NCBI RefSeq assembly: GCF_030684315.1
Contig: NC_081357.1
Coordinates: forward strand, 42,767,517 to 42,831,516
DNA from: Stegostoma tigrinum
Taxonomy: Eukaryota
Length of the DNA: 64,000 bases
Direction: 5' to 3'
The translations under genes and the position numbers were made by a program. Positions 1 through 13,385 of this stretch are shown here, piece by piece (position 1 is the first letter of the stretch; every line of letters begins with the position of its first letter). The notes below the pieces were generated by a model. The model was not told the DNA's origin. It worked only from the letters and a program-made list of their open reading frames with translations, and did no database searches.

Positions 1-690
1 AGTAAGTGGTTTGGAGGGGAACCTGAAGGTGATGGGTCTCCAATGTATCTGCTGTTGTTGTTCTTTCCAGATGGAAGTGGACATGGGTTTCGAAGGTGCT
101 GCCTAAGAATCTTTGGTGAGATTCTGCAGTGCATCTTGTAGGTGGTACAAACAGCTGCTACTTAGAATGGTGCAGGGAATGGATGCTTGTGAGTGTCGTA
201 CCAATCAACTGGGCTGCTTTGTCCTGAATGATGTCGAGCTTCTTGAGTGTTGTTTTGGGCTGCATCTGTCCAGGAAAGTGGTTAGTATTCCATCACACTC
301 CTGACTTATGCCTTGTAGATAATGAACAGGTTTGGTAAGTCAGGAGGTGAGTTACTCACCGCAGTATTCCTAGCCTCCAACCTGCTCTTGTAGTCAATGT
401 ACTTATATGGTGAGTCCAGTTGAGGCTCTAGTCAATTGTAACCCACAAAATGTCAATAGTGGGGGATTCAGTAATGGTAACACCATTTAATGTCAAGGGA
501 AATTGGTTACATTGTCTCTTATTAGAGATGGCCATTGCCTGGCATTGTATGGTGTGAAAGTCACTTATCATTTATCAGCCCAAGCCTGGATATTGTCCAT
601 GTCTTGCTGCATTTGGACACAGATTGTTTCATTATCTGAAGAGTTATGAGTTGTGCTGAACATTCTGTGATCATCAGTGAACATCTCCAC
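1..690 (-). mobile_element. Degenerate CR1/L2-superfamily LINE (second family), RT C-terminal fragment
   Basis: Homologous to 23400-25900(-) and 18200-18780(+) (shared gtcaggaggtgagttact, gagtccagttgag, tcagcccaagcctggatattgtcc). Confidence 0.65.
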
Positions 691-699
691 TTTAGAAAA

Positions 700-2200
700 C
701 AAGACTGTAGATACAGAATTCAGGAAGAGGGGCTGTAAGGTTTTTGGTGATTTAATAGAGGGAGTGTGGAGATATTGAAGGTTTCGGCAGGCTTAAAAGT
801 GGATAAATACCCAGGTCTAGATGAGTTGTATCCCAGGCTGCTATGGAAGATGAGGGAGGAAATTATAATGGCTCTGACCCAAATTTCCAAAATCTCTCAA
901 GCCCAGGGGAGGTACAAGAGGTCTGGAGGACAGCTAATGTGATTCCACTTTTCAAGAAGAGTAGTAGAGATAAGCCAAGGAATTACAAACCAGTGAGTCT
1001 TACATCAGTGATAGGGAAACTATTGGAGAAAATTCTGAAGGAGAGAATTAATCACCACTTGGAGATGCAACATTTGATCAGGTATAACCAGCAAATCTTT
1101 GCCAGAGGGAGGTCAATTCTAGCAAAATTGATCGAATTTTCTGAGGAGGTGACCAGGTGTGTCAATGAGGGTGGTGCAGTTGATGTAGTTTATATGGATT
1201 TCAGCAAAGTCTTTGACAAGGCCCCACATGGGAAACCGATAAAGAAGGTGACAACACATGGAATCCAGAGTTACTTGGCAAGAGGATCTAAAATTGGCTT
1301 AGCGGCAGGAGAAAGAGGGCAATGTTTGTGTGATTGGGGCCTAAAGTGCAGTGAAATAACACAGGGGTCAGGGCTGGGCCCCATTATTGTTTGTGATATA
1401 TCGAAAACAATGCAGATGAAAATGTTAGGGAGGGGAAATAATGAGAAGTAAGTTTTCAGAAGACATAAAGATTGGCTAGTTAGTTGACAGTGAGACAGGA
1501 AGATCTTAGGTTAGAGAAGGACATAGATGTATCTGTCAGATGGTTAAATGGAATTTAACCCTGATAGGTGTGAGGTGATGCACTTAGTAACAAGACATAA
1601 GACTTCTCAATGAATGACAGTGGGAAGCTTAGAAGAAGTGAGGAATCTTGGAGTCCTTTCCTGTAGATTCCTAAAGGTAGATGGACAAATTAGTAAGGTA
1701 GATAACAAGGCGTAGGGGAAACATAGCAGAGATTATAAGAACAGGGAAGTTTTGTTGGAGATGTACAAGACTTTGGTTAGACCACAGCTGGAGTTCTGAG
1801 TGTAGTTCTTGTTTCCCGCATTGGAGGAAACATTTGATTGCTCTGGAGAGGGTACAGAGGAAATTCACCAGGATATTGCTGGGATATACCATTTTAGCTA
1901 TGAAGAGAGGCTGAAGGATCAGTGACAAGGGGCCTAATGTTAAGGTGAAAGCCAGGAGTTTGAGGGAAAGGTTTTTGGCAGAGAGGATGGCAGGAGCCTG
2001 AAAGCACTGCCTCAGTGACCAGTAGAGGCAGGGAACATCACAATCTTTAAAAAGTACTTGGACGGGTGCTTGAAATGTCATAACATTCAAGATTATGAGC
2101 CTTGTGCTGGAAAGTGGGACTAGTGTAGATTTAGAGTTTTTTTTGTTGGCGTTGTCTCCATGGGCCGAAGGGCCTTTTCTGCGCTGTATGATTCAATGAT
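700..2200 (+). mobile_element. Degenerate CR1/HER1 LINE (RT to 3'UTR)
   Basis: WRTANVIPLFKK..NYKPVSLTSVIGKLLEKIL, VDVVYMDFSKVFDK; HER1-type 3' end gggccgaagggcc..tgctgtatgattc. Confidence 0.9.
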
Positions 2201-2315
2201 GCTGTGACCCATGTGCATAACTCTGAGATTAAACCATAATGCTGGATATTGGAAGAAATGCTTTAACCAATGCCCTATATAGTAAAGCAGCAAAGCAGTG
2301 ACCTTAAACTGTAAT

Positions 2316-2504
2316 AAGATAACAAAGTGTGGAGCTAGATGAACACAGCAGGCCAAGCAGCATCTCAGGAGCACAAAAGCTGACGTTTCGGGCCTAGACC
2401 CTTCATCAGAGAGGGTGCTCCTGAGATGCTGCTTGGCCTGCTGTGTTCATCTAGCTCCACACTTTGTTATCTTGGATTCTCTAGCATCTGCAGTTCCCAT
2501 TATC
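2316..2504. mobile_element. Palindromic non-autonomous PLE-end element (family A)
   Basis: Inverted PLE 3' ends; 15-bp TSD ACCTTAAACTGTAAT at 2301-2315 and 2505-2519. Confidence 0.9.
2382..2409 (-). ncRNA. Minimal type-I hammerhead ribozyme motif
   Basis: CTGATGA-AGGG-TCTAGG-CCC-GAAA-CGTC on the minus strand. Confidence 0.75.
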
Positions 2505-3344
2505 ACCTTAAACTGTAATGCTCGTTTTTCCCATGTTTAGCAATGAGGCCTCATTTTGATAAAGGGTTTGCAATAGGAATGACAGCCCAAAGGCCTGATT
2601 GACCTTTAAAATACCTGGTAGCACTCATTAAAAGAAGTGACACCATATAAGCCCCTCCTTCAGAACAGTGACCAATTGTTTAGGATTAAGTGTGGCTTTT
2701 ATGTCAATGTCAAGAGTTACTTCATACCACTAAAAGAGATAATCATTATTTCATATTCCTTTGCAACTGAAGCTATGAAGTTGACATTTAATACAACAGG
2801 GGACTTTCTGAGAGCTTGTGATATTACCAACACTCAAGCAACCATTAGACATTAATTATCTGAAGACCTCACCAAGCAATTACTAGGTCAACGGACCACT
2901 AACATCATAAGGGTTTCCTTTTGGGTTGATAAAGACCATTCATAAGACTAGGCAGAGTAGCACCAGAAACAGCAGGAGAGAGGAAAGCAAAGTGGTGGTA
3001 TCCTTCTCTACTGCGGGTGCAGGAGTAAACTCTGTTAGAAATTCTTGTGTCACATCAGAGAAACTATGTGCTTGTTCCCTCAGTTTCTGAACCATTCTGC
3101 CACGTACTTTTGTGTACCAGCCAGCATAGACCACTCCATCAGTGGAAGTGACTGGAAGCAACAAATCTATACTGCTGTACAAAAGTTGCACCTAATCATT
3201 GAAATGCTGAGCCTTTAGATGTCTGTTTAGCACCACCAACTAGTTCAAGTTATGCTAATCAGCACAACAAATAAGATTATGTACCACATTGAGGCTTTGA
3301 AACAAATGTATTCTATTAGCACTGTACCCATTTAGCACTTCACT

Positions 3345-3470
3345 AACAACTGAAGAAGGAGCAAGGCTCCAAAAGCTTGTGTTTTCAATTAAACCTGTTG
3401 GACTATGACCTGGTGTCATGTGATTTCTGACCTTGTCCACACTAGTCCAACACCGACATCTGCACATCAT
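3345..3470 (+). mobile_element. PLE 3' end (family D) with decayed hammerhead
   Basis: CTGAAGA-AGGAGC-AAG-GCTCC-(A)AAA-GCTT at 3350-3378, followed by aattaaacctgttggactat. Confidence 0.6.
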
Positions 3471-3595
3471 AGAACATAGAACATTACAGCGCAGTACAGG
3501 CCCTTTGGCCCTCAATGTTGCACCGATCTGTGAAACCAATCTGAAGCCCATTTCACCTACACTGTTCCATTATCATCCATATGTTTATCCATTCA
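3470..3595 (-). mobile_element. HER1/CR1 3' tail fragment
   Basis: (agaacat)n tail and cagtacaggccctttggccc, matching the 3' end of the CR1 at 33985. Confidence 0.75.
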
Positions 3596-4221
3596 CCATT
3601 CAGCCAAAATGGCTACTGAGTTACAAGAAACCCTTGCTGAATGAATTGGAATCATTATCCTGAAATACACTACTTGCTACCCACTGTAGACCAAAGTTAT
3701 AGAGCAAAGCATAATTAGAATTATTATCATTGTCAGAAAACTGTTTTGACTATTTTTCATGTAACTTCTGCCTTCTATTATATGACAGACCTTCCCATTT
3801 ATTCTTTACTGCCCTTCCCTTTTCTATGCTCGTTGAAGGCAGAGCAGCAAAGTAACTAAGTCTGAACTTTGTAAAGTTTTATGAATGGAGAACATCATTT
3901 CAAACGAATACATTTCACTGAGCACTGAAGCAAAAAACAGCCCTACTTTTAAAATAGTGTTTGTTCTTGGCTTATTCCTCATGTCCAGAACATGGTAAAC
4001 AACATTAGTGTAAGGCAAACTTTGTTTGAATCTTGACAGAAAACACAAGTCAATCAAGATTGGAACATCAACCAGCAACGCAAATGACGCATTTAACTTT
4101 CTACATAGATTGGTTAAATATGCATCCTGGTACATGATCATCTAAAACGCACTCTATAATGTGTTCCTTCAATACTGTGTTAAGTTCTAAATCAACAAGA
4201 AAAGCTGTGGGGATAATTCAG

Positions 4222-4410
4222 GGATAATGGGAACTGCAGATGCTGGAGAATCCAAGATAATAAAATGTGAGGCTGGATGACCACAGCAGGCCCAGCAGCA
4301 TCTCCCCATCCCCCTCTCTGATGAAGGGTCTAGGCCCGAAATGTCAGCTTTTGTGCTCCTGAGATGCTGCTGGGCCTGCTGTGTTCATCCAGTCTCACAT
4401 TTTATTATCT
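4222..4410. mobile_element. Palindromic PLE-end element (family A)
   Basis: Inverted arms; TSD GGGATAATTCAGGG at 4210-4223 and 4411-4424; hammerhead at 4318-4345(+). Confidence 0.9.
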
Positions 4411-4649
4411 GGGATAATTCAGGGGTCAGTTTTCAGAACTACAAGGAAAGACCAGAGAAACCGGTTTGTCAGTGGATTAGCAAGATCACAGAGAGCTGAA
4501 TTTATAAACTTATGTAAAGTTGGTAAGGGGAATCCAGAAGAAGGTGGGTTGGAGGAGGCCACAGAAGAGGTTATTAAAGTTTCCACAACAAGTAAGAGGA
4601 CCGAGTATTGAAACGGTCAAGAATATAAACTCAGGCAGAGCAGATAGGG

Positions 4650-7600
4650 AACAGGAATCAGAAGGAGGCTAGACACCGCAGGACTGAGGGTATGATACTT
4701 AAATTCATAAGTATACAAAACAAGGTAAAGATGGAAATTAGCAGGTATGTTGTTGTGGGTATCACAGATACGTGGCTGCAAGGGCTGGAAACCAAATATC
4801 CAAGGACTTGCATCCTATTGAAAGGATAGGCAGATGATCAGGAAGGGGGGACAGGGGTTGCCTTGTTAGTAAGAGAGGAAATTAAATCAATAGCAAGTGG
4901 TGAAATGGAGTCAGAAGGCATTGAATTTGTGGGATAATAAAGTGTGGAGCTATATGAACACAGCAGGCCAAGCAGCATCTTAGGAGCACGGAAGCTGACG
5001 TTTTGGGCCTAGACCCTTCATCAGAGAGGGGGATGGGGAGAGGGTACTGGGATAAATAGGGAGAGAGGGGGAGGCAGACCGACGATGGAGAGAAAAGAAG
5101 ATAGGTGGAGAGGAGAGTATAGGTGGGGAAGTAGGGAGGGGATAGGTCAGTCCAGGGAAGATGGACAGGTCAAGGAGGTGGGATGAGGTTAGTAGGTAGG
5201 AAATGGAGGTGCGGCTTGGGGTGGGAGGAAGGGATGGGTGAGATGAAGAACAGGTTAGGGAGGCAGAGACAGGCTGGGCTGGTTTTGGGATGCAGTGGGG
5301 GGAGGGGAAGAGCTGGGCTGGTTGTGTGGTGCAGTGGGGGGAGGGGATGAACTGGGCTGGTTTTGGGATGTGGTGGGGGAAGGGGAGATTGTGAAGTTGG
5401 TGAAGTCCACATTGATACCATTGGGCTGCAGGGTTCCCAAGCGGGAATATGAGTTGCTGTTCCTGCAACCTTCGGGTGGCATCATTGTGGCACTGCAGGA
5501 GGCCCATGATGGACATGTCATCTAAAGAATGGGAGGGGGATTGGAAATGGTTTGCGACTGGGAGGTGCAGTTGTTTATTGCAAACCGAGCGGAGGTGTTC
5601 TGCAAAGCAGTCCCCAAGCCTCCACTCGGTTTCCCCAATGTAGAGGAAGCCACACCGGGTACAAAGGATACAGTATACCACATTGGCAGATGTGCAGGTG
5701 AACCTCTGCTTAATATGGAAAGTCATCTTGGGGCCTGGGATAGGGGTGAGGGAGGAGGTGTGGGGGCAAGTGTAGCACTTCCTGCGGTTGCAGGGGAAGG
5801 TGCCGGGTGTGGTGGGGTTGGAGGGCAGTGTGGAGCGAACAAGGGAGTCACGGAGAGAGCGGTCTCTCCGGAAAGCAGACAAGGGTGGGGATGGAAAAAT
5901 GTCTTGGGTGGTGGGGTCGGATTGTAGATGGCGGAAGTGTCGGAGGATGATGCGTTGTATCCGGAGGTTGGTGGGGTGGTGTGTGAGAATGAGGGGGTTC
6001 CTCTTTGGGTGGTTGTGGCGGGGGTGGGGTGTGAGGGATGTGTTGCGGGAAATGCGGGAGACGCGGTCAAGGGCGTTCTCGATCACTGTGAGGGGAAAGT
6101 TGCGGTCCTTGAAGAACTTGGACATCTGGGATGTGCGGGAGTGGAATGTCTTATCGTGCGAGCAGATGCGGCGGAGGCGGAGGAATTGGGAATAGGGGAT
6201 GGAATTTATGCAGGAGGGTGGGTGGGAGGAGGTGTATTCTAAGTAGCTGTGGGAGTCGGTGGGCTTGAAATGGACATCAGTTACAAGCTGGTTGCCTGAG
6301 ATGGAGACTGAGGTCTAGGAAGGTGAGGGATGTGTTGGAGATGGCCCAGTTGAACTTGAGGTTGGGGTGGAAGGTGTTGGTGAAGTGGATGAACTGTTCG
6401 AGCTCCTCTGGGGAGCAAGAGGCGGCACCGATACAGTCATCAATGTAACGGAGGAAGAGGTGGGGTTTGGGACCCGTGTAGGTGCGGAAGAGGGACTGTT
6501 CCATGTAACCTACAAAGAGGCAGGCATAGCTGGGGCCCATGCGGGTGCCCATGGCCAACCACTTTGTCTGTAGGAAGTGGGAGGAATCGAAAGAGAAGTT
6601 GTTGAGGGTGAGGACGAGTTCGGCTAGGCGGATGAAGGAGTCAGTGGAGGGGGACTGGTCGGGCCTACAGGACAGGAAGAAGCGGAGGGCCTTGAGGCCA
6701 TCTGCATGCGGAATACAGGTGTATAGGGACTGGAAATGAGGTGTTGGGGGCCAGGGAGTTGGAAGTTCTGGAGGAGGTGGTGGGTGTGGGTGGTGTCACG
6801 GACGTAGGTAGGGAGTTCCTGGACCAAAGTGGAGAAAATGGAGTTCAGATAGGTGGAGATGAGTTCGGTGGGGCAGGAGCAGGCTGAGACAATGGGTCGA
6901 CCAGGGCAGGCAGGTTTGTGGATTTTGGGAAGGAGATAGAAATGGGCTGTGCGGGTTTGGGGAATAATAAGGTTGAAGGCTGTGGGTGGGAGGTCCGCTG
7001 AGGTGATGAGGTCATGAATGGTGTTGGAGATGATGGTTTGGTGCTCGGGGGTGGAGTCATGATCAAGGGGGCGGTAGGAGGAGGTGTTGGAGAGTTGGCG
7101 TTTGGCCTCGGCGATGTAGAGGTCAGTGCACCATACTACCACTGTGCCACCCTTGTCTGTGGGTTTGATGGTGAGGTTGGGGTTCCCCCACCGCATCCCA
7201 AAACCAGCCCAGTTCTTCCCCTCCACCCACTGCATCCCAAAACCAGCCCAGCCTGTCTCTGCCTCCCTAACCTGTTCTTCCTCTCACCCATCCCTTCCTC
7301 CCACCCCAAGCTGCACCTCCATTTCCTACCTACTAACCTCATCCCACCTCCTTGACCTGTCCATCTTCCCTGGACTGACCTATCCCCTCCCTACTTCCCC
7401 ACCTATACTCTCCTCTCCACCTATCTTCTTTTCTCTCCATCTTCGATCTGCCTCCCCCTCTCTCCCTATTTATTCCAGAACCCTCACTCCATCCCCCTCT
7501 CTGATGAAGGGTCTAGGCCCAAAACGTCAGCTTTTGTGCTCCTGAGATGCTGCTTGGCCTGCTGTATTCATCCAGCTTCACACTTTATTATCTTGGATTC

Positions 7601-8700
7601 TCCAGCATCTGCAGTTCCCATTATCTTTGATTGAATTTGTAGAGTAGAGTTGAAGAACTACAATGGAAAAAAGACTCTGATGGGAGTTATGTACGGACTT
7701 TCCAGCAGTAGTCAGGATGCGGTGCAGAAAATAAATGAGGAGATAAAAAGAAAGGCATATAGGAAAGACACTGTCACAATAATCATGGTGGGCTTCAATG
7801 GTGGACTGGGAAAATCAGGTTGGTAGCGGATCTCAAGAAAAGGAATTTGTTGAATGTTTACAAGATTATTTTTGGAACAGTTTGTGGTAGACCCCACTAG
7901 GAAAGCGGCAATTCTGGATTTGGTGATGTGTTATGAGACAGATTTGATTAAGGAGTTTAAAGTGAAAGAACCCCTCCCAGAGAGTGACCATAATATGATA
8001 AGAGTTCACCCTGCGGCTTGAGAGGGAGAAGCTGGAATCAGATGCAACAGTATGACAATTGAGTAAAGGTATCAACAAAGAAATGAGAAAGGAGCTGGCT
8101 AAAGTTGTTTGAAAGTAGACCCTAACATGGAAGAAGGTGGAGTGGCAATGGCAGGAATTTCTAGGGCAATTTAAGAGGCATAACAGAAATTCATCTGGAG
8201 GAAGAAGAAGCACACGAATGAATGAGGCAACCATGGTGGGCAGGGTAATTCAGAGCAGTATAAACGTGAAAGGAAGAGCAGGCAATGTAGTGAAGATTAG
8301 TGGGAAGTCAAAGGGCAGGGAAGCCTCTGAAAGCCTGCAGAGGGTAACTGAAAAAGCAATAAGATACAAGAAGATGAAATATGACAGCAAGCTAGCTAGG
8401 AATATAAAAGAAGATTGCAAGAGATTTTTTTAGATAACTGGTAAGGGAGAGGCAAGAATGGACATTGGACCACTGGAAAATGAGTCTGGTGAAGTAATAC
8501 TGGGAACAAAGAAATGACAGAGCAACTGAATAGGTACTTAGCATCAGTTTTCACAGTGGGAGACACCAGCAGCAAACCAGAATTTTATGTGAGCCAGGAT
8601 GAGGAGGTAAGTATAGTGGCCATCACGAAGGAGAAAGCATTCAGGAAGCTGAAAGGTCCGAAGGTGGATAAATTACCCAGACCAGATGGACTACCCCACC
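4650..8700 (+). mobile_element. Degenerate CR1 LINE (endonuclease/linker region) interrupted by the PLE at 4931-7629
   Basis: APE-like remnants (gcaattctggatttggtgatgtg, agtgaccataatatgat); the LKVDKSPGPDG-like segment resumes after the insertion. Confidence 0.8.
4931..7629 (-). mobile_element. Penelope-like retroelement (Neptune-like, family A): 5'-truncated RT plus GIY-YIG, with an inverted copy of its 3' end (7184-7629, +)
   Basis: IKPTDKGG, FYLLPKIHK..PGRPIVS, AMGTRMGPSYA, LRYIDD, Cys linker CNRRKCYTC, NVVYCI..LYIGET; 11-bp TSD ATTGAATTTGT at 4920-4930 and 7630-7640. Confidence 0.93.
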
Positions 8701-8719
8701 CGGTCCCCCCGGAGTTTGA

Positions 8720-8880
8720 GTCTGAGTTTGATTTATTGTTGTGACATGTACGGAGACACAGTGGTTTTGTGTGCTATATGGGCAGATTGTATGACACAAA
8801 ATGCATCAGGGTAGCAGAACAGAGTGCAGAATACAGTGTTGCAGCTGCAGAGAAGGTGCAGAGAGATTTGAGGCAAGGAG
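8720..8880 (-). mobile_element. Probable Rex1/Babar-type LINE 3' end
   Basis: cactgt..gtacatgtcacaacaataaatcaaactc tail, similar to 17760-17850(+). Confidence 0.4.
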
Positions 8881-10654
8881 TTTCACAGATCTGGGTCACT
8901 GATTAAAGACAGATGGTGAAAGATGGTAATTGCAGATAGCAAGATGAGATTGTCTACAGCATAGGACTGAGCAATGCGAACCAGGATTAGGGTATTATTA
9001 CAGTTTACAATTATCCTAGCCTCAATATGAGATGAATGAATGGCTAAATAAGTAGATGACAATTTGCAGAGTGTTGGGGTAAATGGGGAGCATTGACAGT
9101 TATGTAAGAAAAGGGGCTGAATGGAAATGGTTGATGCTGAACTGAAATGGGGTGGATGCAGAAAGGTAATTCGGGACCCAGTTAGAGTAACACAAAAAAA
9201 GGGAACATGAAGGATGAGGGAATCATTGTGCATCTCAGTCAGATCTTGAAAATTATTCACGAAGACGCTAAGATAAAACTTTGCCATCTTTGCTCCTGAC
9301 TCCCCCACACAAAAGAGACTGAAATTGCTGACAATGCATGTATTAGCAGGCAGGATAGATTAAAGTTTTTTTTACTTCCTGGGGGTGAAAACAAATGATC
9401 TGTGTATGAGACCCTATTTGGTCCAATTGTATTAATTGTACATCCACTAAATGTAAAATGGCAACAATTTGGACTCTGTTGTGAGGTCGTTCTTTTGGCA
9501 GACAGGAATAGTATGTGTTATGGCTCAAGCAATCATGACTTATATAGTACTTTTCAATAATTGGCTTCTTGTCACCTCGAATAGGTAAACACATGCTTGA
9601 AGTCTGACCTGGCTTGGCTACTTCTGCCTTGCTTTTAATTCTTTTGACATATTTCCATATCCATGCTTTTCATGGAAAACATCGGTTCACAAGTGCAACA
9701 TCCCACACCTAAGTAAGTGATTACAGTTCTGTGATGTTCAAGGTTTTGTTTTGGAACAGGGTGCTGTCAGTGGAGAAGTGACTGCATTGAAATCATCCAA
9801 TGTAGCTTTTGCAGTTTGGCTGTGCAGCAGGTATTTACATAAGGTTACAGAGCTGTTTATTGAGACAATGACAAGTGTCACTGAAGCTTTGCCTTCGCAA
9901 TGAGACCAATGTGTGAAGCCATAAAATACTGTTACATTGTGATTGATGGGAGGGATTTTCAACTGATCAAACAGTAAAGCATCTGCACTTTACAACTTTC
10001 CTTACCCTGCAGGAGTCAGCAGCAATCAAGGAAACACGGCAATTATATTGCGTGGCGCTGAGGATAGATGGTTCAGCCAAAATATGGAATCCGAACACTA
10101 TGCTTTTCAGTCAGTCATGATAGGCCACAGGATGTGAGCAACTGTGAGGCCCCTCCCTTACACCCTGCCATCATCCATTAGCAATCAACGTTGCCAAATC
10201 TGTGTGTAATGCTGAATTCTCCTGAAATGCTTGAATAACCTGTAAGACAACTTCTGAACTCTGAATGGCAGCATTTTTGTGCAGCTTCTCTTGGCAGATC
10301 ATTCAGCTATGAGGGTGAGTGGAGATGTGAACTTCCCATTGTACACTTTGCACGGCAGTGTAATCCCCTGTAAAGTTGTAAAATAGAATGCAATGTTACA
10401 TGCCTCCCATACACAGGGGTAAGTTGAGAAAATGGGCTAAAAGCTGTTTCAAGTTAAGAATGTGAGAGCAATGCAACACTACACAATACGGCTCACTTTG
10501 TGGTTGAACGTGGAATTCGTGGCATCTCCTAATGGTCAGTCCCTCACTTCCCTAGCCAGATTCATTTTCTCTTCCTTGCACAGAGTAAGGGCCTAATGCT
10601 CACTGCTCTGTTACCAATTTTAGCCCCTTAGTCCAGTTAGGGCTGGATTTTTTT

Positions 10655-13385
10655 TTATGAGGTGAGGTTGAGTAAATTGGTCTTGTACTCACTGGAATTT
10701 AGAATAATCAGGAGAGACCTTATTGAAAGAAAGGAATTCTTTGGGGGCTTGACTGGGTAATTTGAGGTGAGAGAGGCCAGGACCAGGGGTATGATCTCAG
10801 TGTAAAAGGTCATATATTTAAGGCAAAAAATGAAGGGAAATTTCTTCTCTCATCGAGTAGTTAATTTATGGGATTCTTTATCACAGGGAGCAGTGGAGGC
10901 TGGATCATTAGGATGGTATCAAATTGAGAGAAAAATCGTAAAAACACGTTAAAGATTAGTAGTAAACCAGAAGATTGGAGATATTTTAAAAGCCAAAAAG
11001 ATAATCAAAAATATAATGGAGGGAGAAGATAAACTTCATTGGTAAACTGGCGAGTAATATGAAATGGATAGTTGAGAGCTTCCTTAAATATATCTATAAA
11101 GGAAAATAGAATGATTCTTTTAAGTTGGTGAGGCAATCAGGGATTATGGGGAAATAACAGGAATGTAGAATTGAGGATTGTTTGATCAGCCATGATCTCA
11201 TTGATCTTCTGCTCCTATATCTTATGGATTTATGGTCTTATGGCAGCCTGTAGTCGCTGCACTTGGATTCCAGAAGGCAATTAACAGGATTACAAATCAA
11301 AAGTTATTGTACAAAGTGGGATTCCATGGTGCTGCGATGAACATATTACCAAGGATAGAAAAGTGGCTGTCTGTCAAGAAAAGAGTGGACATGAATGGGT
11401 CTTTTTCTGCTGTGATGTGTGGAGTTCCATGAGAGCCTGCTGTGGGTTCTTAGTGATTCTGGTAAAGGAAGCGATATTTACAGACAGATAGGTGGAAATT
11501 TAAATTGTGAAGTCATGAGGAAGTTGCAGACGGTGATAAATAGGTTAAGTGAGTGATCATGCTCCCATGAGAAGCTTGAACAGATCACCAACTTCGCTAA
11601 CACCTTTCACCCCAACTTCGAAATTCACCTGGACCAGCTCCGATATCTCCCTCCCCTTCCTGGACCTCTCCGTCTCTTTCTTTGGTAACCATCTCAGCAC
11701 TGAGATCTATTTCAAACCCACCGACTCCCACAGCTAACTTGACCACACCTCTTCTCACCCACCATCCTGCAAGAATGCAATCCCTCACTCCCAATTCCTC
11801 CGCCTCCACCACATCTGCTTCCAAAATGGAACATTCCATACCCGGACATCCTAGATGTCCTCCTACTTCAAGGACCTCAACATGCCCTTTCTGTTGATTG
11901 AAAATGCCCTTAACCACAACTCTTGCATTTCCCACACTTTTGCCCTCAAACCTCCTCCCACCAACAAAAGTAAGGACAGAGTCCCAATCGTCCTCATGTA
12001 GCACCCCACCCACCTCTGCATATCACTCTCTACCACTTTCACCATCTACAATCCAATTCCACCACCAAAGAGATATTTGTCTCACCACCCCTGTCTGCCT
12101 TTCATTGGGACCACTCACTCCACAATTCCCTCATCCGCTCCACACTCCCCACTACCCCCGGTACCAATCTCTGCAACCAGAGGAAGTGCTCTTACATATC
12201 TGACTGAGGTTCACCTGAACATCCTCCAACCTGGTCTATTCTATCTGTTGCTCCCAAAATGGCATCCCCCACATCCATGAGAGCAAGTGTAGATTTGGTG
12301 ACTGATTCGTGGAGCTCCTGCTCTCTGTATGCTGTAATCAGCAACGCTTTCCAGTTGTGAACCACTTTAACACCTGCACCCATTCTCTGGGTGACATGTC
12401 CATCCTGGGCCTCCTCCAGTGCTATATTGACTCCACTCGCAACTGGAGGAACAACACCACCTCAGTAGCCTACAGCCCTATGACGTGAACATAGAATTCA
12501 CCAGTTTCAAAATCACCCCACCTCCGGCCTCATCTTACATCCAACTGTCCCTCTCATCCTCGCCTCCTTGACCTGACATAATCCATCTATCTTCTTCCCC
12601 ACCTATCCGCCCACTCTTCTCACTGACCAATCCCCACTACCGCCTACCTGCATCCATCTATCACTATCCTACCTACCGTCCCTAAGCCCCACCCGTTCTC
12701 CCTCTATTTCCCAACCCAATATGTTGACTCTCCTGCTCCTCTGATGCTGCCTGACCTGCTGTGTTCCTCCAGCTCCACACTGTATCAGCTGAGTAAACAT
12801 CTGAGAGGGAGTACAAGGTGGGAATATTTGAAATAGGTTACCTTGACACGAAGAATGAAAGAGCAGAATTAGTTAAATTAAGAACAATTACAGGTGTTTT
12901 CCAACACACACACCACAAAATGTTAGCGGGGACGATACCTGGAATGAGCAAATTATTTTAAGAGGAAAAGATGGACAGACAAGGCTCATTTCTACTGGAA
13001 TTTAGTAGTGAAGGGTGACTTGATTAAAGCGTATAAGGTCCTAAGTGGTCTTGACAAGCTGTGGAAAGGAGGTTTCTTCTCATGGAGTGGCATTGTTTCA
13101 AAATTAGATGTCACCCTTTGAGGACAGGGATGAGGGCAATTTTTCCGAGTTTGCACCATTTTGGAAATCTGACTCAAAAGGCATTGAGGGTGGGGTCATT
13201 GAATATTTTTAAGACCACAATATATAGCTCCTTGTTAGGCAATGGGATCAAAAGGTTATGGGTCGGTGGTAGGTCCTGGGGGTTGGGCAGATGGGAATTT
13301 TGAATTCAGGACATAAACGGATCAGCCGTGATCATATTGAATGGCAAAGCAGGCCACTCCTGCATCTAATTGGTATATTTGTAGG
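10655..13385 (+). mobile_element. Cluster of old CR1 fragments interrupted by the PLE at 11552-12790
   Basis: CR1 3' motifs (ttgtactcactggaatttagaa, gaccttattgaaa, gatcagccatgatc); GFQKA..KLLYKV RT remnant. Confidence 0.7.
11552..12790 (+). mobile_element. Degenerate Penelope-like element (RT C-terminus, GIY-YIG, 3' end)
   Basis: KFTWTSSDISLPFLDLSV..YFKPTDSHS; homologous to 4931-7183; ends gatgctgcctgacctgctgtgttcctccagctccacac. Confidence 0.85.

Noticed and set aside
10000-10245. Minus-strand exon-like segment (tacag acceptor, G|GTAAGG donor) as part of a neighbouring gene such as SLC2A12
   Set aside because: It contains stop codons and no recognisable transporter peptide.
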